Source of the DNA: Candidatus Saccharimonadia bacterium
GTDB taxonomy: Bacteria; Patescibacteriota; Saccharimonadia; UBA4664
NCBI GenBank assembly: GCA_035544015.1
Contig: DATKIP010000076.1
Coordinates: 64,299 to 128,298, forward strand
DNA length: 64,000 bases
Direction of reading: 5' to 3'
The notes under the pieces were generated by a model that did no database searches, had not been told where the DNA came from, and saw nothing but the letters and a program-made list of their open reading frames with translations. Positions 38,129 to 47,419 of this stretch are shown here, in pieces. Each line of letters begins with the position of its first letter. The first letter of the stretch is position 1. The position numbers and the translations under genes are program-made.

Positions 38129-39409
38129 ATGAATCCGCAAAACATTCTCATCATCGGCAGCGGCGGCCGCGAACACGCCCTCGCCTGGAAGATTGCCCAG
38201 TCGCCCCGGCTCGGTAGGCTCTACGTCGCCCCCGGCAACCCCGGCACCGCCGCTATTGCCACCAATGTTGATCTCAAAGCGACCGACAAAGACGGCCTTG
38301 TGGCCTTCGCCCGCGCTCACGACATCGGCCTCACCATCGTCGGCCCCGACGACATCCTGGCGCTCGGCCTGGTCGACGCCTTTGCCGCCGCTGGTTTACG
38401 CGCCTTTGGCCCCACGCAGGCCGCCGCCCGCATCGAGTCTTCCAAAGCCTTCAGTAAACAATTAATGACCACCAGCCACATTCCCACCGCCGCTTTTGCC
38501 ATCTTCAACGACCTGGCCGCCGCCAAGGCCCATCTGGCTCAGCAAACCTTTCCGCTCGTGATCAAGGCCAGCGGTCTTGCCCTGGGCAAAGGCGTGTACA
38601 TCACCCAGAATCTGGCCGAGGCCGAGCAGGCGTTGGGCGAAATTATGGGCGACAAAATCTTTGGCGAGGCCGGTTCGAGCGTCGTGATCGAAAGCTTTTT
38701 AACCGGCCAAGAGGTGTCGATTCATGCCTTTAGCGACGGCCACAGCGCCGCGCTATTTCCGCCGGCCCAAGATCACAAAACTATTTTCGACGGCGATAAA
38801 GGCCCCAATACCGGCGGCATGGGCGCGTTTGCACCGGTGCCATGGGTGGAGCCGGCGCTCATGGAGCGCGTCAAAGCCACCGTCGTTGAGCCGGCTCTGG
38901 CCGGCCTGGCCGCCGCCGGTTCACCCTTCGTGGGGCTGCTCTATCCCGGCCTCATGGTCGATGGCGACGACATCCAAGTGCTCGAGTACAATGCCCGTTT
39001 CGGCGATCCCGAGACCCAAGTGTACCTGCGCCTGCTCGAAACCGACCTCATGGACGTTCTCGATGCCTGTGTCGACGGCCGCCTGGCCGAGCTGGAGATC
39101 GAGTGGAGCCCGCAGACGGCCGTAGTGGTGGTGCTGGCCTCGCCCGGTTATCCCGGCAAGCCCACCACCGGCCAGGCCATCACCGGCCTCGAGGCCGCCG
39201 CGGCCCTTCCCGGCGTCGAGATTTTTCACGCCGGCACCAAGGCCGCAGACGGCCAGCTGCTCACGGCCGGCGGCCGCGTGCTCGGCGTGAGTGCCGTTGG
39301 CGCCGATGTAGCCGACGCCCGCGCCAGAGCCTACGCCGCCGTCAAACTCATCCACTTCGACGGCCTGCAATACCGCACCGACATCGGCGCCAAGGCGCTG
39401 CCGCGGTGA
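38129..39409 (+). CDS. purD: Phosphoribosylamine--glycine ligase
   Basis: Starts 'MNPQNILIIGSGGREHALAWKIAQSP'; ATP-grasp motifs; 426 aa. Confidence 0.9.
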   Translation: MNPQNILIIGSGGREHALAWKIAQSPRLGRLYVAPGNPGTAAIATNVDLKATDKDGLVAFARAHDIGLTIVGPDDILALGLVDAFAAAGLRAFGPTQAAARIESSKAFSKQLMTTSHIPTAAFAIFNDLAAAKAHLAQQTFPLVIKASGLALGKGVYITQNLAEAEQALGEIMGDKIFGEAGSSVVIESFLTGQEVSIHAFSDGHSAALFPPAQDHKTIFDGDKGPNTGGMGAFAPVPWVEPALMERVKATVVEPALAGLAAAGSPFVGLLYPGLMVDGDDIQVLEYNARFGDPETQVYLRLLETDLMDVLDACVDGRLAELEIEWSPQTAVVVVLASPGYPGKPTTGQAITGLEAAAALPGVEIFHAGTKAADGQLLTAGGRVLGVSAVGADVADARARAYAAVKLIHFDGLQYRTDIGAKALPR

Positions 39410-39807
39410 AACCCCTCGCCGGCTGCGTCGTCACCAACCCTGCCGGCGATCTGCTGCTGATCCACCGCACCACCCCCGAGCTCACCCAATGGGAGCTGCC
39501 CGGCGGCAAAATCGAGCCCGGGGAGTCGGCTGCCGCCGCGGCCGTGCGCGAAGCCCGCGAGGAACTCGGCGTTGAAACGGCCATCGTGCGCGAACTCGGC
39601 GCCGCCACCTTTGACCACGCCGCTCGCAGCTGGCACTACACGTGGTTCCTCGCCCGCATCACGGCCGGCGAGCCCCGCCCGGTCGAAGCCAAATTCGACG
39701 CCGTCGGCTATATTCCTTGGGCAGACCTCGCCGCCCGCACCGATATTTCCATTAACATCCGCAATCTCATCGCCCAATTCCCCGATCCACCCCACAAAGT
39801 TACCTGA
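39406..39807 (+). CDS. NUDIX hydrolase
   Basis: Carries the Nudix box 'GGKIEPGESAAAAAVREAREELGV'. The GTG start overlaps the TGA of purD. Confidence 0.65.
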   Translation: MKPLAGCVVTNPAGDLLLIHRTTPELTQWELPGGKIEPGESAAAAAVREAREELGVETAIVRELGAATFDHAARSWHYTWFLARITAGEPRPVEAKFDAVGYIPWADLAARTDISINIRNLIAQFPDPPHKVT

Positions 39808-39859
39808 CATTTGTCATGCCCGTGAAATGTCAGTAAAATCAGTGCACCAACGGGCCTAC

Positions 39860-40510
39860 CTAAGCCGCCGCCTGCTGAGCTTCCAAAAACTTCTTGCCCT
39901 TGCCGATCTTCGTATTCACCGGCACGCCCCTGGCGCACAGCTCGCATTCCTCGGCCGGCCACGAAACCACGTTAGTCTCGATTAGCGACACAAAATTGGG
40001 CGGGTTGCCGACGTCCGCGACGCTCACGCCCCCGCGATTGAGCATGGCCACCACTCCCACAACCTCACCGCCCGTTTCTCGCACTAGTTCCACGACCTTG
40101 CGCACCGATCCGCCAGTGGTGAAGTTATCTTCCACCACCACCACGCGCTTGCCCGCAACGAGCTTGTCGTAGCCGCGCGTAAAAGCAAACTTCTTCTCTG
40201 GTCCTTCCACTTTTTCCGCGTACACCGCCAGTGCCTCACGCCCGAGTAATGTGCTCAAATGATACCCGGTCCATTGTGTCAGCACGATGCCGCCGAGCGC
40301 CGGACTCGCCACCACCTCCACGTTCCAGTCGCGCATGGCTTCGGCCATCGCCTCGCCCAAACGCGACGAATATTCAGTATGCGGGTACAGCGCATCTTTG
40401 TTGATGTAGCTATCGGTGTGCCGCCCGTTGGTGAGAACAAAATGATCGTTTTCAAGCCAGGCATTGCTATCGATAAGCATCTGCTTTAGTTCATCTGCCG
40501 TCATACTCAC
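39860..40510 (-). CDS. pyrE: Orotate phosphoribosyltransferase
   Basis: Contains the PRPP-binding 'VVVVEDNFTTGGS'; 216 aa. Confidence 0.75.
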   Translation of the reverse strand: MSMTADELKQMLIDSNAWLENDHFVLTNGRHTDSYINKDALYPHTEYSSRLGEAMAEAMRDWNVEVVASPALGGIVLTQWTGYHLSTLLGREALAVYAEKVEGPEKKFAFTRGYDKLVAGKRVVVVEDNFTTGGSVRKVVELVRETGGEVVGVVAMLNRGGVSVADVGNPPNFVSLIETNVVSWPAEECELCARGVPVNTKIGKGKKFLEAQQAAA

Positions 40511-41310
40511 GCGCGGGTCTCCTTCCGGTACCGGTTAATCTCATCACGCAAGTCCACTGCCGCGGCCCGCGGGTCATCAGCAAAGATCACCACGCGCGAC
40601 GTGCTGATCGTCATGGCCGCCTGCCCGTCCTGGCCCAGTCCGGCCCGCACCGCGTCTGCCACGCTGCCGCCCTGCGCGCCCACGCCCGGCACCAAAATCG
40701 GCAATTCCGCCCCCACGATCGCCCGCACCGCCTGCAATTCCTCCGGGTACGTCGCCCCCACCACCAGCGCACAGTTGCCGCGCGTATTCCAGGCGTCGGC
40801 TACCTGCTGCGCCACGTGCTGATACAGCGGCCGGCCCTCCACTACCAAATCCTGAAATTCACCCGCCCCCGGATTCGACGTCCGGCATAGCACAATGATG
40901 CCCTTATCATCCCATTCCAAGAATTTCCCGAGCGACTCCGCGCCCATATACGGCGCCACGGTCACCGCATCTGCGCCCAAATACTCAAACACATACTCCG
41001 TGTAGCCGGCGTTGGTGTTGCCGATGTCCCCGCGCTTAGCGTCAAAAATAATCGGAATCTCGGGGTGCTCGGCGCGCAGGTAGTCGCACGTTTGCTTGAG
41101 TGCCTCAATTCCCTCGGCCCCGTGCGCTTCATAAAACGCCGCGTTGGGCTTGTAGGCACACACCAGATCGTGCGTCGCCTCGATGATTGCCTTATTAAAC
41201 GCAAACTGGCCCACACCGCGCGGCAGCTTCGCGTACCCCGGATCAAGCCCCACACACAAGAGCGAATCTGATCGCTCCACGGCCCGCTTCAGCTTTTCGG
41301 AAAATTTCAT
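40507..41310 (-). CDS. pyrF: Orotidine-5'-phosphate decarboxylase (long/type 2 form)
   Basis: Contains 'LCVGLDP' and 'IFDAKRGDIGNT'. Its stop overlaps the pyrE start, and its ATG lies at 41310. Confidence 0.75.
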   Translation of the reverse strand: MKFSEKLKRAVERSDSLLCVGLDPGYAKLPRGVGQFAFNKAIIEATHDLVCAYKPNAAFYEAHGAEGIEALKQTCDYLRAEHPEIPIIFDAKRGDIGNTNAGYTEYVFEYLGADAVTVAPYMGAESLGKFLEWDDKGIIVLCRTSNPGAGEFQDLVVEGRPLYQHVAQQVADAWNTRGNCALVVGATYPEELQAVRAIVGAELPILVPGVGAQGGSVADAVRAGLGQDGQAAMTISTSRVVIFADDPRAAAVDLRDEINRYRKETRA

Positions 41311-41328
41311 GCTACCATTTAAGCTAAC

Positions 41329-42423
41329 ATGCAACCCGTGAACCAACAACCTATCTACGATCCCGCCAAGACCTACGCCTACAATTTTAAGAAAGGTCCG
41401 TTTGGCGAATTTGCCATGCCCACGCGCTATCACAACAAAGGCGCCATGCCGTTTACCTTTCTCGGACGCCCGATCTTCTCGCCGTTTGGCATTCCTGCCG
41501 GCCCGCTGCTCAACGCCAAATATGTTGCGGCCGCCCTCGCCAAGGGCTTCGACGTGGTCGTCTACAAAACCCAGCGCTCCGCCAAATTTGAGCCCAACAA
41601 ATTCCCCAACGTCCTCTACGTCGACGTCGACGGCGACCTCACGCTCGAAAAAGCCGCCCATCCGCTGGTCGGCCACACCACCACCCATCGGCCGCCCACG
41701 GAGCTCACCATCACCAACTCCTTTGGCATGCCTTCCGGCGGCCCCGATTTTTGGCTGACCGATTTTCGCCATGCGCTGGCGGCACAGGGCCGCGGCCAGC
41801 TCGTGATTTTGAGTGTGGTTGGCACCATCCGGCCCGGCTTTAGCCAAGACGATTACTACAACGACTTCGCCGCCACCGCCAAGCTCGGCGCCGACGCCGG
41901 CGCATCCGTCATCGAGGTCAATCTCTCGTGCCCCAACGTCGCCAACGAGGGCGTCATTTGCTACACCCCGCCGGCCGTCGCCGAAATCTGCCGCCGCGTC
42001 AAAGCCGCCGTCGGTTCCGTGCCCCTCATCACCAAAATCGGCTACTACACACCGCAGCAGCAAGCCCTGCTCGAAACCGTTGTGAAGGAGATGGCGCCGT
42101 ACGTGGATGCCATCTCCGCCATCAACACCATCGCTGCGCCCATCGTCGACGAGCACGGCGAGCAAGCGCTGCCCGGCCCCAACCGCCTCCGCAGCGGCAT
42201 GTGCGGCGCCGGCATCAAGTGGGCCGGCCTCGACATGGTTCGCCGCCTCGCCGCCCTGCGCACCAAACTCGGCCTCAGCTACGAAATCGTCGGCGTCGGC
42301 GGCGTGATGACCCCGGCCGACTACCGCCAGTACCGCGACGCCGGCGCCGATCTCGTGCAATCCGCCACCGGCGCCATGTGGAACCCCGATCTCGCCATCG
42401 ACATCAAAGCCGCCGGTTTATAA
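41329..42423 (+). CDS. pyrD: Dihydroorotate dehydrogenase
   Basis: Contains 'SPFGIPAGP' and 'IEVNLSCPNV', with an FMN-binding TIM-barrel pattern. It is divergent from pyrF with only an 18-bp gap. Confidence 0.75.
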   Translation: MQPVNQQPIYDPAKTYAYNFKKGPFGEFAMPTRYHNKGAMPFTFLGRPIFSPFGIPAGPLLNAKYVAAALAKGFDVVVYKTQRSAKFEPNKFPNVLYVDVDGDLTLEKAAHPLVGHTTTHRPPTELTITNSFGMPSGGPDFWLTDFRHALAAQGRGQLVILSVVGTIRPGFSQDDYYNDFAATAKLGADAGASVIEVNLSCPNVANEGVICYTPPAVAEICRRVKAAVGSVPLITKIGYYTPQQQALLETVVKEMAPYVDAISAINTIAAPIVDEHGEQALPGPNRLRSGMCGAGIKWAGLDMVRRLAALRTKLGLSYEIVGVGGVMTPADYRQYRDAGADLVQSATGAMWNPDLAIDIKAAGL

Positions 42424-42460
42424 ACCGTAACCACGCGACGCTCGCTCCCCACTAAGCCCC

Positions 42461-42562
42461 ACTATTCCACTTCTCGGAATAGTCGCACAATATCATAAAA
42501 TTTAGGCTTAGCGAAGCCATAATTCGACATAAATCCTCAACTATTCCAGAAAATGGAATAGC
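42461..42562. repeat. Copy B of the ~103-bp hairpin-ended intergenic repeat (core inverted relative to copy A)
   Basis: Terminal palindromes ACTATTCC-ACTTCTC-GGAATAGT and ACTATTCC-AGAAAAT-GGAATAGC. It lies between the convergent pyrD and pyrC 3' ends. Confidence 0.6.
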
Positions 42563-42585
42563 TGTCATACGCGTATCCCGAAGCC

Positions 42586-43647
42586 CTATACCAGCCGTCC
42601 GCTCCCTGGCGCCGCCAGCACCACGCCGTCCTCGTACACCACGGCGCCTCGTAGCGTCACGCGCTTCACCCGCCCGAAGCCGGTTCGGCCCGCAAACGGC
42701 GTCCAGGCCGCCCGCGACTGCATGCCCTCGGCACTCATTTCAAAACCCACCGGCTCCACCTCCACGAAGGTATCGGCCTCCTCGGCCAGCCCCAGCACTC
42801 GGCGCGGACCGTCCGCCAGCTTGGCCACCAGCTGCGCCCGCGTCAGGCGCCCGTCGCGCTCGGCGGCCAGCATCAGCGGCAGGGTAGTTTCGAGCCCAGG
42901 AAAGCCAAAAGTCCCGGCCTCTTTCTCGGCCTTGGTGTGCGGTGCGTGGTCCGATTCCACCACATCGATCTCGTCGAAATGCTCCCACAAGTAATCCACA
43001 TCCGCCTGCGGTTTCAGAGCCGGCCGCACCTCGCCGTAGTTCCCCAAGCGCCGCGCGTCGGCCTCGTTCAAAAACAAATGATGCGGCGTCACCCCGCACG
43101 TCACATCCACGCCCTCAGCCTTGGCGCGCAAAATCGGTTCCAATTCGGCCCGGTTCGATACATGACACACATGCACCCGCTGATCGAGAGCTTTCGCTAC
43201 CCCCAGTGCCGTCACGATCACGTCCGCCTCGGCATGCAGCAAAATCGGCTTGGCGTGGCCCCAAGCCTTGAAAATCCGTTCCAAATAATCCGCATCAATC
43301 CTGTACCCACCGGTCGTCACGTTCAAGTACAGCTTCAGGCCGCTGACGCGATCCATGATGGCGGGGAATTCATCCAAATTATCCCCCAGGGAACCAAAAT
43401 AAAACCCCGTGTCACACACAATTTTGCCTCGAGCACTAGCCATCTTTTCGTCCAGCACCGCCGCGGTGGTCACGGGCGTAGCGTTGTTGGGCATATCAAA
43501 CACCCGCGTAAATCCACCGGCCAGAGCCGCCGCCGTACCGGAGCCAAAGTCTTCTTTGTGGGTCTGGCCGGGATCGCGCAGGTGGACATGAATATCAATC
43601 AAACCGGGCAAACGAATAAGTGGAGAAGAAGTTGTCATGCCGCCCAT
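42586..43647 (-). CDS. pyrC: Dihydroorotase
   Basis: Contains 'IDIHVHLRDPG', 'DHAPH' and metal-binding His/Asp motifs; 353 aa. Confidence 0.8.
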   Translation of the reverse strand: MGGMTTSSPLIRLPGLIDIHVHLRDPGQTHKEDFGSGTAAALAGGFTRVFDMPNNATPVTTAAVLDEKMASARGKIVCDTGFYFGSLGDNLDEFPAIMDRVSGLKLYLNVTTGGYRIDADYLERIFKAWGHAKPILLHAEADVIVTALGVAKALDQRVHVCHVSNRAELEPILRAKAEGVDVTCGVTPHHLFLNEADARRLGNYGEVRPALKPQADVDYLWEHFDEIDVVESDHAPHTKAEKEAGTFGFPGLETTLPLMLAAERDGRLTRAQLVAKLADGPRRVLGLAEEADTFVEVEPVGFEMSAEGMQSRAAWTPFAGRTGFGRVKRVTLRGAVVYEDGVVLAAPGSGRLV

Positions 43648-43710
43648 TATAGCGCAATGGTCTGCCCCGCCGCCCGCCCCATGATCGGGACGGGCGGCGG
43701 AACGCTCCGG

Positions 43711-44451
43711 CTAGCTGCAGCCGGACCAGGCGGTCGTGAACGTATCGGCACGCGCCGCCGTCACATGCGAGATCACGTTCCCGGCGCGTCCCAGCGTGGA
43801 CACCAACACCGAGCCCGTGTTGTAGGCCGGTACCCAGCGGCCCGAGCGCACTGCTTGGGCCCTCGTGAAGGTGATCGGCCGGTACTGCGCCAGCGGCGCC
43901 CCCGCCTTCGGGTAGTTCGGCCGTTCCACGACGTAGTCGGCCGTTTTGGCGTTGTAGTAGCGGGCCGCGTTCGTGATTCGGCGTGTTACCACCTTTCCGG
44001 TCGTCAGGTTGGCCCAGTAGAACGTGAGGACCGTCCCGTGACTCGCGAATTCGAAGCCGAAGCGCAGCTTGTTGCCCGGGCGGGTCGCCAGCGCAATGCC
44101 GGCCACCGGCCCATTGCCGTTGCGGTCAAACACCTCCCACCACACGCCGACCCCCTGCGGGGTCACGGTGAAGCCGTTCTGGGCGAACGGCAGGCTGCCC
44201 CAGCCGCCGAGGCCCACGTACACCGCCACCGCCGAGCCGGTCCCGCACGCCGTAGTGACGCTGGGTACGACGACGTCGGCCGTGATCTTGGTGTAGCCGC
44301 CGCCCCCGTCCACGAGGCCGGCCCAGTGGCCGCTGTAGCTCTGCGAGGTCGCATCGGCCGCCGGCGCTCCGAGCCCGGCAATCGCCAGGATCGTAGCCAC
44401 AGCCACGATGGCTGCCCCCAACCGACGCCAGTGGTATTGGAACTTGCGCAT
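43711..44451 (-). CDS. Secreted peptidase G1 (eqolisin/scytalidoglutamic peptidase)-like protein
   Basis: Signal peptide, then the 'SYSGHWAGLV...AVAVYVGLGGW...FAQNGF...VWWEVF' pattern resembling the beta-sandwich of A4/G1 peptidases. Confidence 0.4.
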   Translation of the reverse strand: MRKFQYHWRRLGAAIVAVATILAIAGLGAPAADATSQSYSGHWAGLVDGGGGYTKITADVVVPSVTTACGTGSAVAVYVGLGGWGSLPFAQNGFTVTPQGVGVWWEVFDRNGNGPVAGIALATRPGNKLRFGFEFASHGTVLTFYWANLTTGKVVTRRITNAARYYNAKTADYVVERPNYPKAGAPLAQYRPITFTRAQAVRSGRWVPAYNTGSVLVSTLGRAGNVISHVTAARADTFTTAWSGCS

Positions 44452-44691
44452 TGACGTTCCCCCGTCCGGTCGTGCATCTCGGCCTAGTGCCGAAATGCCG
44501 TCACGCGCTTGCACCCACTTTGCAGTTCGCCAAAATCTGCGCCGAGAGGCCCAAAATTCACGGTGAACTCCCAAATGGGAGACAAACCATAACTCAAAAG
44601 GGGGCTTCCGTCAAGATTCAGCCGGAAAGCAACGAACGAGATTGCGGGAGAGGTCGTCAGATGGCGGGGCCTCAAGTTATAATATGGTCAC

Positions 44692-45132
44692 ATGACCTAC
44701 AAAGTTCACACCATCGATCATATTGGAATAGTTGTTCACGACTTTGATGGAGCGAAAGCGTTTTTCGAAGATTTCGGTTTCATTACCCGGGGCGAGCAAT
44801 TCGAGGAAAGCGAGCTGCTAGACAAGGTAGTGGGGGTCAAAGGCGCTAAATCCCACATCGCCTTTATGGAGGCGCCCCACGCCCAGATAAACATCGAGCT
44901 TACCGAGTTTATTCATCCCATGACTCCATCCGTCGTAGAAGCTAATCACATCTATACGCAGGGTATACAACATATCTGCCTGGCGGTCGAAGACGTTGAT
45001 GGAATCATTGAATCTGTAAAACAAAAAGGCAGAGAACTCATAACGGACGTCATAAACTACCAAGATATCTATAAATTGTGCTATTTCCGTGGCCCTGATG
45101 GCATAATCATTGAGCTAGCAGAGAAGCTATAA
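44692..45132 (+). CDS. VOC family protein (glyoxalase/dioxygenase-like)
   Basis: Contains 'VHTIDHIGIVVHDFDGAKAFFEDFGF'. A TATAAT sits at ~44672 in a low-GC region. Confidence 0.55.
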   Translation: MTYKVHTIDHIGIVVHDFDGAKAFFEDFGFITRGEQFEESELLDKVVGVKGAKSHIAFMEAPHAQINIELTEFIHPMTPSVVEANHIYTQGIQHICLAVEDVDGIIESVKQKGRELITDVINYQDIYKLCYFRGPDGIIIELAEKL

Positions 45133-45155
45133 AAAAACAGGCTCAGGAGTCAAAC

Positions 45156-45470
45156 ATGCCTATTTATTATGAAGTCAAAATCAGCGCCGAAAATCAGGGT
45201 CAAGCCGATAAAATTGTGGATTCACTTCTCGAAAAGAAGTTAGTAACCGGCGGTCAATTCATCGTCGCGCCGGCACGGTTTCTCTGGAAGGGCAAAGTCG
45301 AGAACATGGACTACATCACTATTACTTCTTATACGACCGACAGGCACAAAGACGGGGTAATGGATGACGTTCGCAGAACCACGGCTGAAGATGTTCCTAT
45401 GATTACATTCGTTGCGCCCGACGACCTTAATCAAGAGCTTCGGGACTGGATAGATAAAACGCTCGCATAG
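45156..45470 (+). CDS. CutA-like divalent-cation tolerance protein
   Basis: Contains 'AENQGQADKIVDSLLEKKLVTGGQF...FLWKGKVE'. The 104-aa protein follows the CutA1 pattern. Confidence 0.5.
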   Translation: MPIYYEVKISAENQGQADKIVDSLLEKKLVTGGQFIVAPARFLWKGKVENMDYITITSYTTDRHKDGVMDDVRRTTAEDVPMITFVAPDDLNQELRDWIDKTLA

Positions 45471-45731
45471 CCGTAATTGTTTGGTATTTGTACGGTAAAT
45501 CAGATATAATAGTGATGGTGCAATTGTCTCGGAGTTCCAGCACCTGGCCACCAGCAGAATATCAAGATATCACAACTGGTTAACCTAATTATAGGATCTG
45601 CGCTATTTTCAAACAAGCAATAAGTGCAATGGTAGGCCAGACGTCCCAAATGTGGAACACTTTGTGGCCAAGTTTGATCAAGATGAGCGAGCGGCTTGAA
45701 GAGCTAGGCATCGGCGAGGAGGAGGGGAGCC

Positions 45732-46214
45732 ATGTTTAATCTCTTCCGCCGCCGCACCAATCCGGCCGCCATCCTCACTTCCAAACTGTACGACGAAAGC
45801 CGTTTCTACGCCGCCCTCACTAACGACTTAAAGCGCGTCAAACGCGAAGTCGTCATCGAGAGCCCCTACCTCACCTGCAAACGCACCAGCGAGCTTCTGC
45901 CGCTCCTATCGAAGCTCGTCCGCCAAGGCGTGAGGGTGCGCATTAATACCCGCAACCCCAACCACCACGAAGAGTACATGCGCATCCAAGCCTGGATGGC
46001 CCTCAAGCAGCTCCGCGCCGCCGGCGTCAAGGTCAGAACCTGCGACGACTACCGCCACCGCAAACTCGCCATCATCGACGGCGCCATCCTCTGGGAGGGC
46101 AGCCTCAACATCCTCTCCCAAAACAACAGCCGCGAAATTATGCGCCGCACCCAGTCCGAAGAACTCTGCCGGCAGATGATCCAGTTCACCGGCCTCAACA
46201 AATGGGCGTGGTGA
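45732..46214 (+). CDS. Single-HKD phospholipase-D-superfamily nuclease (Nuc-like)
   Basis: Carries a canonical HxKx4Dx6GSxN motif, 'HRKLAIIDGAILWEGSLN', in a 160-aa protein. The gene is high-GC inside a low-GC patch. Confidence 0.6.
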   Translation: MFNLFRRRTNPAAILTSKLYDESRFYAALTNDLKRVKREVVIESPYLTCKRTSELLPLLSKLVRQGVRVRINTRNPNHHEEYMRIQAWMALKQLRAAGVKVRTCDDYRHRKLAIIDGAILWEGSLNILSQNNSREIMRRTQSEELCRQMIQFTGLNKWAW

Positions 46215-46221
46215 TATACTC

Positions 46222-46440
46222 ATGACTAATATGCACGACTACAAAATCACCGAAAAAGACATCGACGCCATGGTCAACTACCTGCGCATCTTCCACCCCG
46301 AAAACGCCAACCGGGAATACGCTGTCGAGCTCTTCAAATACCTCAAAGCCACTGCACGCCGTATGGCATTTACCGACCCCGAGGCGCTCAACAAAATTTA
46401 TGATGATTACGAAAGTTCTAAGAAAGGAAGCAGGCCATGA
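46222..46440 (+). CDS. Small hypothetical protein (72 aa)
   Basis: An ORF 8 nt downstream of the Nuc-like gene, with no recognisable motif. Confidence 0.3.
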   Translation: MTNMHDYKITEKDIDAMVNYLRIFHPENANREYAVELFKYLKATARRMAFTDPEALNKIYDDYESSKKGSRP

Positions 46441-46564
46441 CTCAAGCGAAAAATCAGCCCGGCGCCCAATAGACTCATGCGCGACAGCCATACGGCAGGA
46501 TAAAGCCATGGATAAGTCCAAGCCCAGGCGGTAAAATCTGAGACACACTATCTGGAAGGATTGG

Positions 46565-47407
46565 TTGATGAAGCTGTTTTTCTCTTGGCAATCCGACTCG
46601 CCCGGCAACCGCAATCTGCTTGAGCAGGCCCTCAAAGACGTGGGCAAGGACATACCGGACTTTGAGATTGATACTGCCACTCGTCTGGCGGTAGGTTCGC
46701 GCGACATTGGGGCTATGATCCTTGAGAAGATTGACGGTGCTGACTTTATGCTGGCCGACGTCACCATCCTCGACCCCGATGCCGTCCGCCCAACACCAAA
46801 CCCCAATGTCATCTACGAGGCGGGATACGCTATGAAGGCTCTCGGTGAAGGTAGAGTAATTTTTGTCGCTGACCGTCGCTCGACCACTACCGCCAACCTC
46901 CCTTTCGACATTCGTAACCGCCTGATGATCTTGGCTGACTTTTCAAAGCCCGAAGCAGCGCGTAAAGAAGTGGCGGCGGTCATTAAGACCGTCACCGCCA
47001 ACTACACCCCAGCCGACCCAAACGCCGGCGCACCAAAGATTACCCTGGTTAAAGATACTGAAGCTAGATGGGCCTCAAATTATTCGGATTATGGAGCTGC
47101 GTTTGAGGTGAAGTTTATTATTGATAATGACGGTGGCGGACTGACCTATGTCACTAACGCCCAACTCGTTGGCACCAACGGGGACGGCTCCCCGTTCGTC
47201 ACCGATAGCTTCCGTTTTGCTGACGACGAAATTGACCATCCATACGGAGTAATGGAGGGTGCTATGGAGCAAGTGACGCTTTTTCTTGGGGCGGATCGCA
47301 GCCACCATCGCCAAATGCCCGATCTGGATCGCGATACAGTAGAGCTAGTGGTAACATTCCGGGGCGGCAGAATCGTCCGGGTTCCAGTTCGCATTGTCCA
47401 AAGCTAG
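46565..47407 (+). CDS. TIR-like (DUF1863/MTH538-type) N-terminal domain protein with unknown beta-rich C-terminal domain
   Basis: Starts 'KLFFSWQSDSPGN', followed by 'ADVTILD' and 'VIYEAGYAMKALGEGRVIFV', resembling bacterial TIR-like nucleotide-binding folds. Confidence 0.4.
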   Translation: MMKLFFSWQSDSPGNRNLLEQALKDVGKDIPDFEIDTATRLAVGSRDIGAMILEKIDGADFMLADVTILDPDAVRPTPNPNVIYEAGYAMKALGEGRVIFVADRRSTTTANLPFDIRNRLMILADFSKPEAARKEVAAVIKTVTANYTPADPNAGAPKITLVKDTEARWASNYSDYGAAFEVKFIIDNDGGGLTYVTNAQLVGTNGDGSPFVTDSFRFADDEIDHPYGVMEGAMEQVTLFLGADRSHHRQMPDLDRDTVELVVTFRGGRIVRVPVRIVQS

Positions 47408-47419
47408 TTAGGAGCGAAT

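Noticed and set aside
39103-39405. N-terminal 100 aa of the 234-aa ORF preceding the NUDIX domain
   Set aside because: This part is Arg/Pro-rich and overlaps the purD 3' end in another frame. The NUDIX protein more likely starts at the GTG at 39406, coupled to the purD stop.
40507-42360. 617-aa minus-strand ORF extending far upstream of pyrF
   Set aside because: Only the C-terminal 268 aa (from the ATG at 41310) look like OMP decarboxylase. The N-terminal part is antisense to the well-supported pyrD gene and is Gly/Ala/Asp-rich nonsense.
42937-44454. 505-aa plus-strand ORF
   Set aside because: It overlaps pyrC and the G1-peptidase-like gene on the opposite strand. Its Arg/His/Pro-rich composition is typical of a GC-rich antisense frame.
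45652-45741. 29-aa ORF upstream of and overlapping the Nuc-like gene start
   Set aside because: Too short to support. Its 3' end (GAGGAGGAGGGGAG) is more plausibly the Shine-Dalgarno region for the Nuc-like gene. It is mentioned only as a possible uORF.
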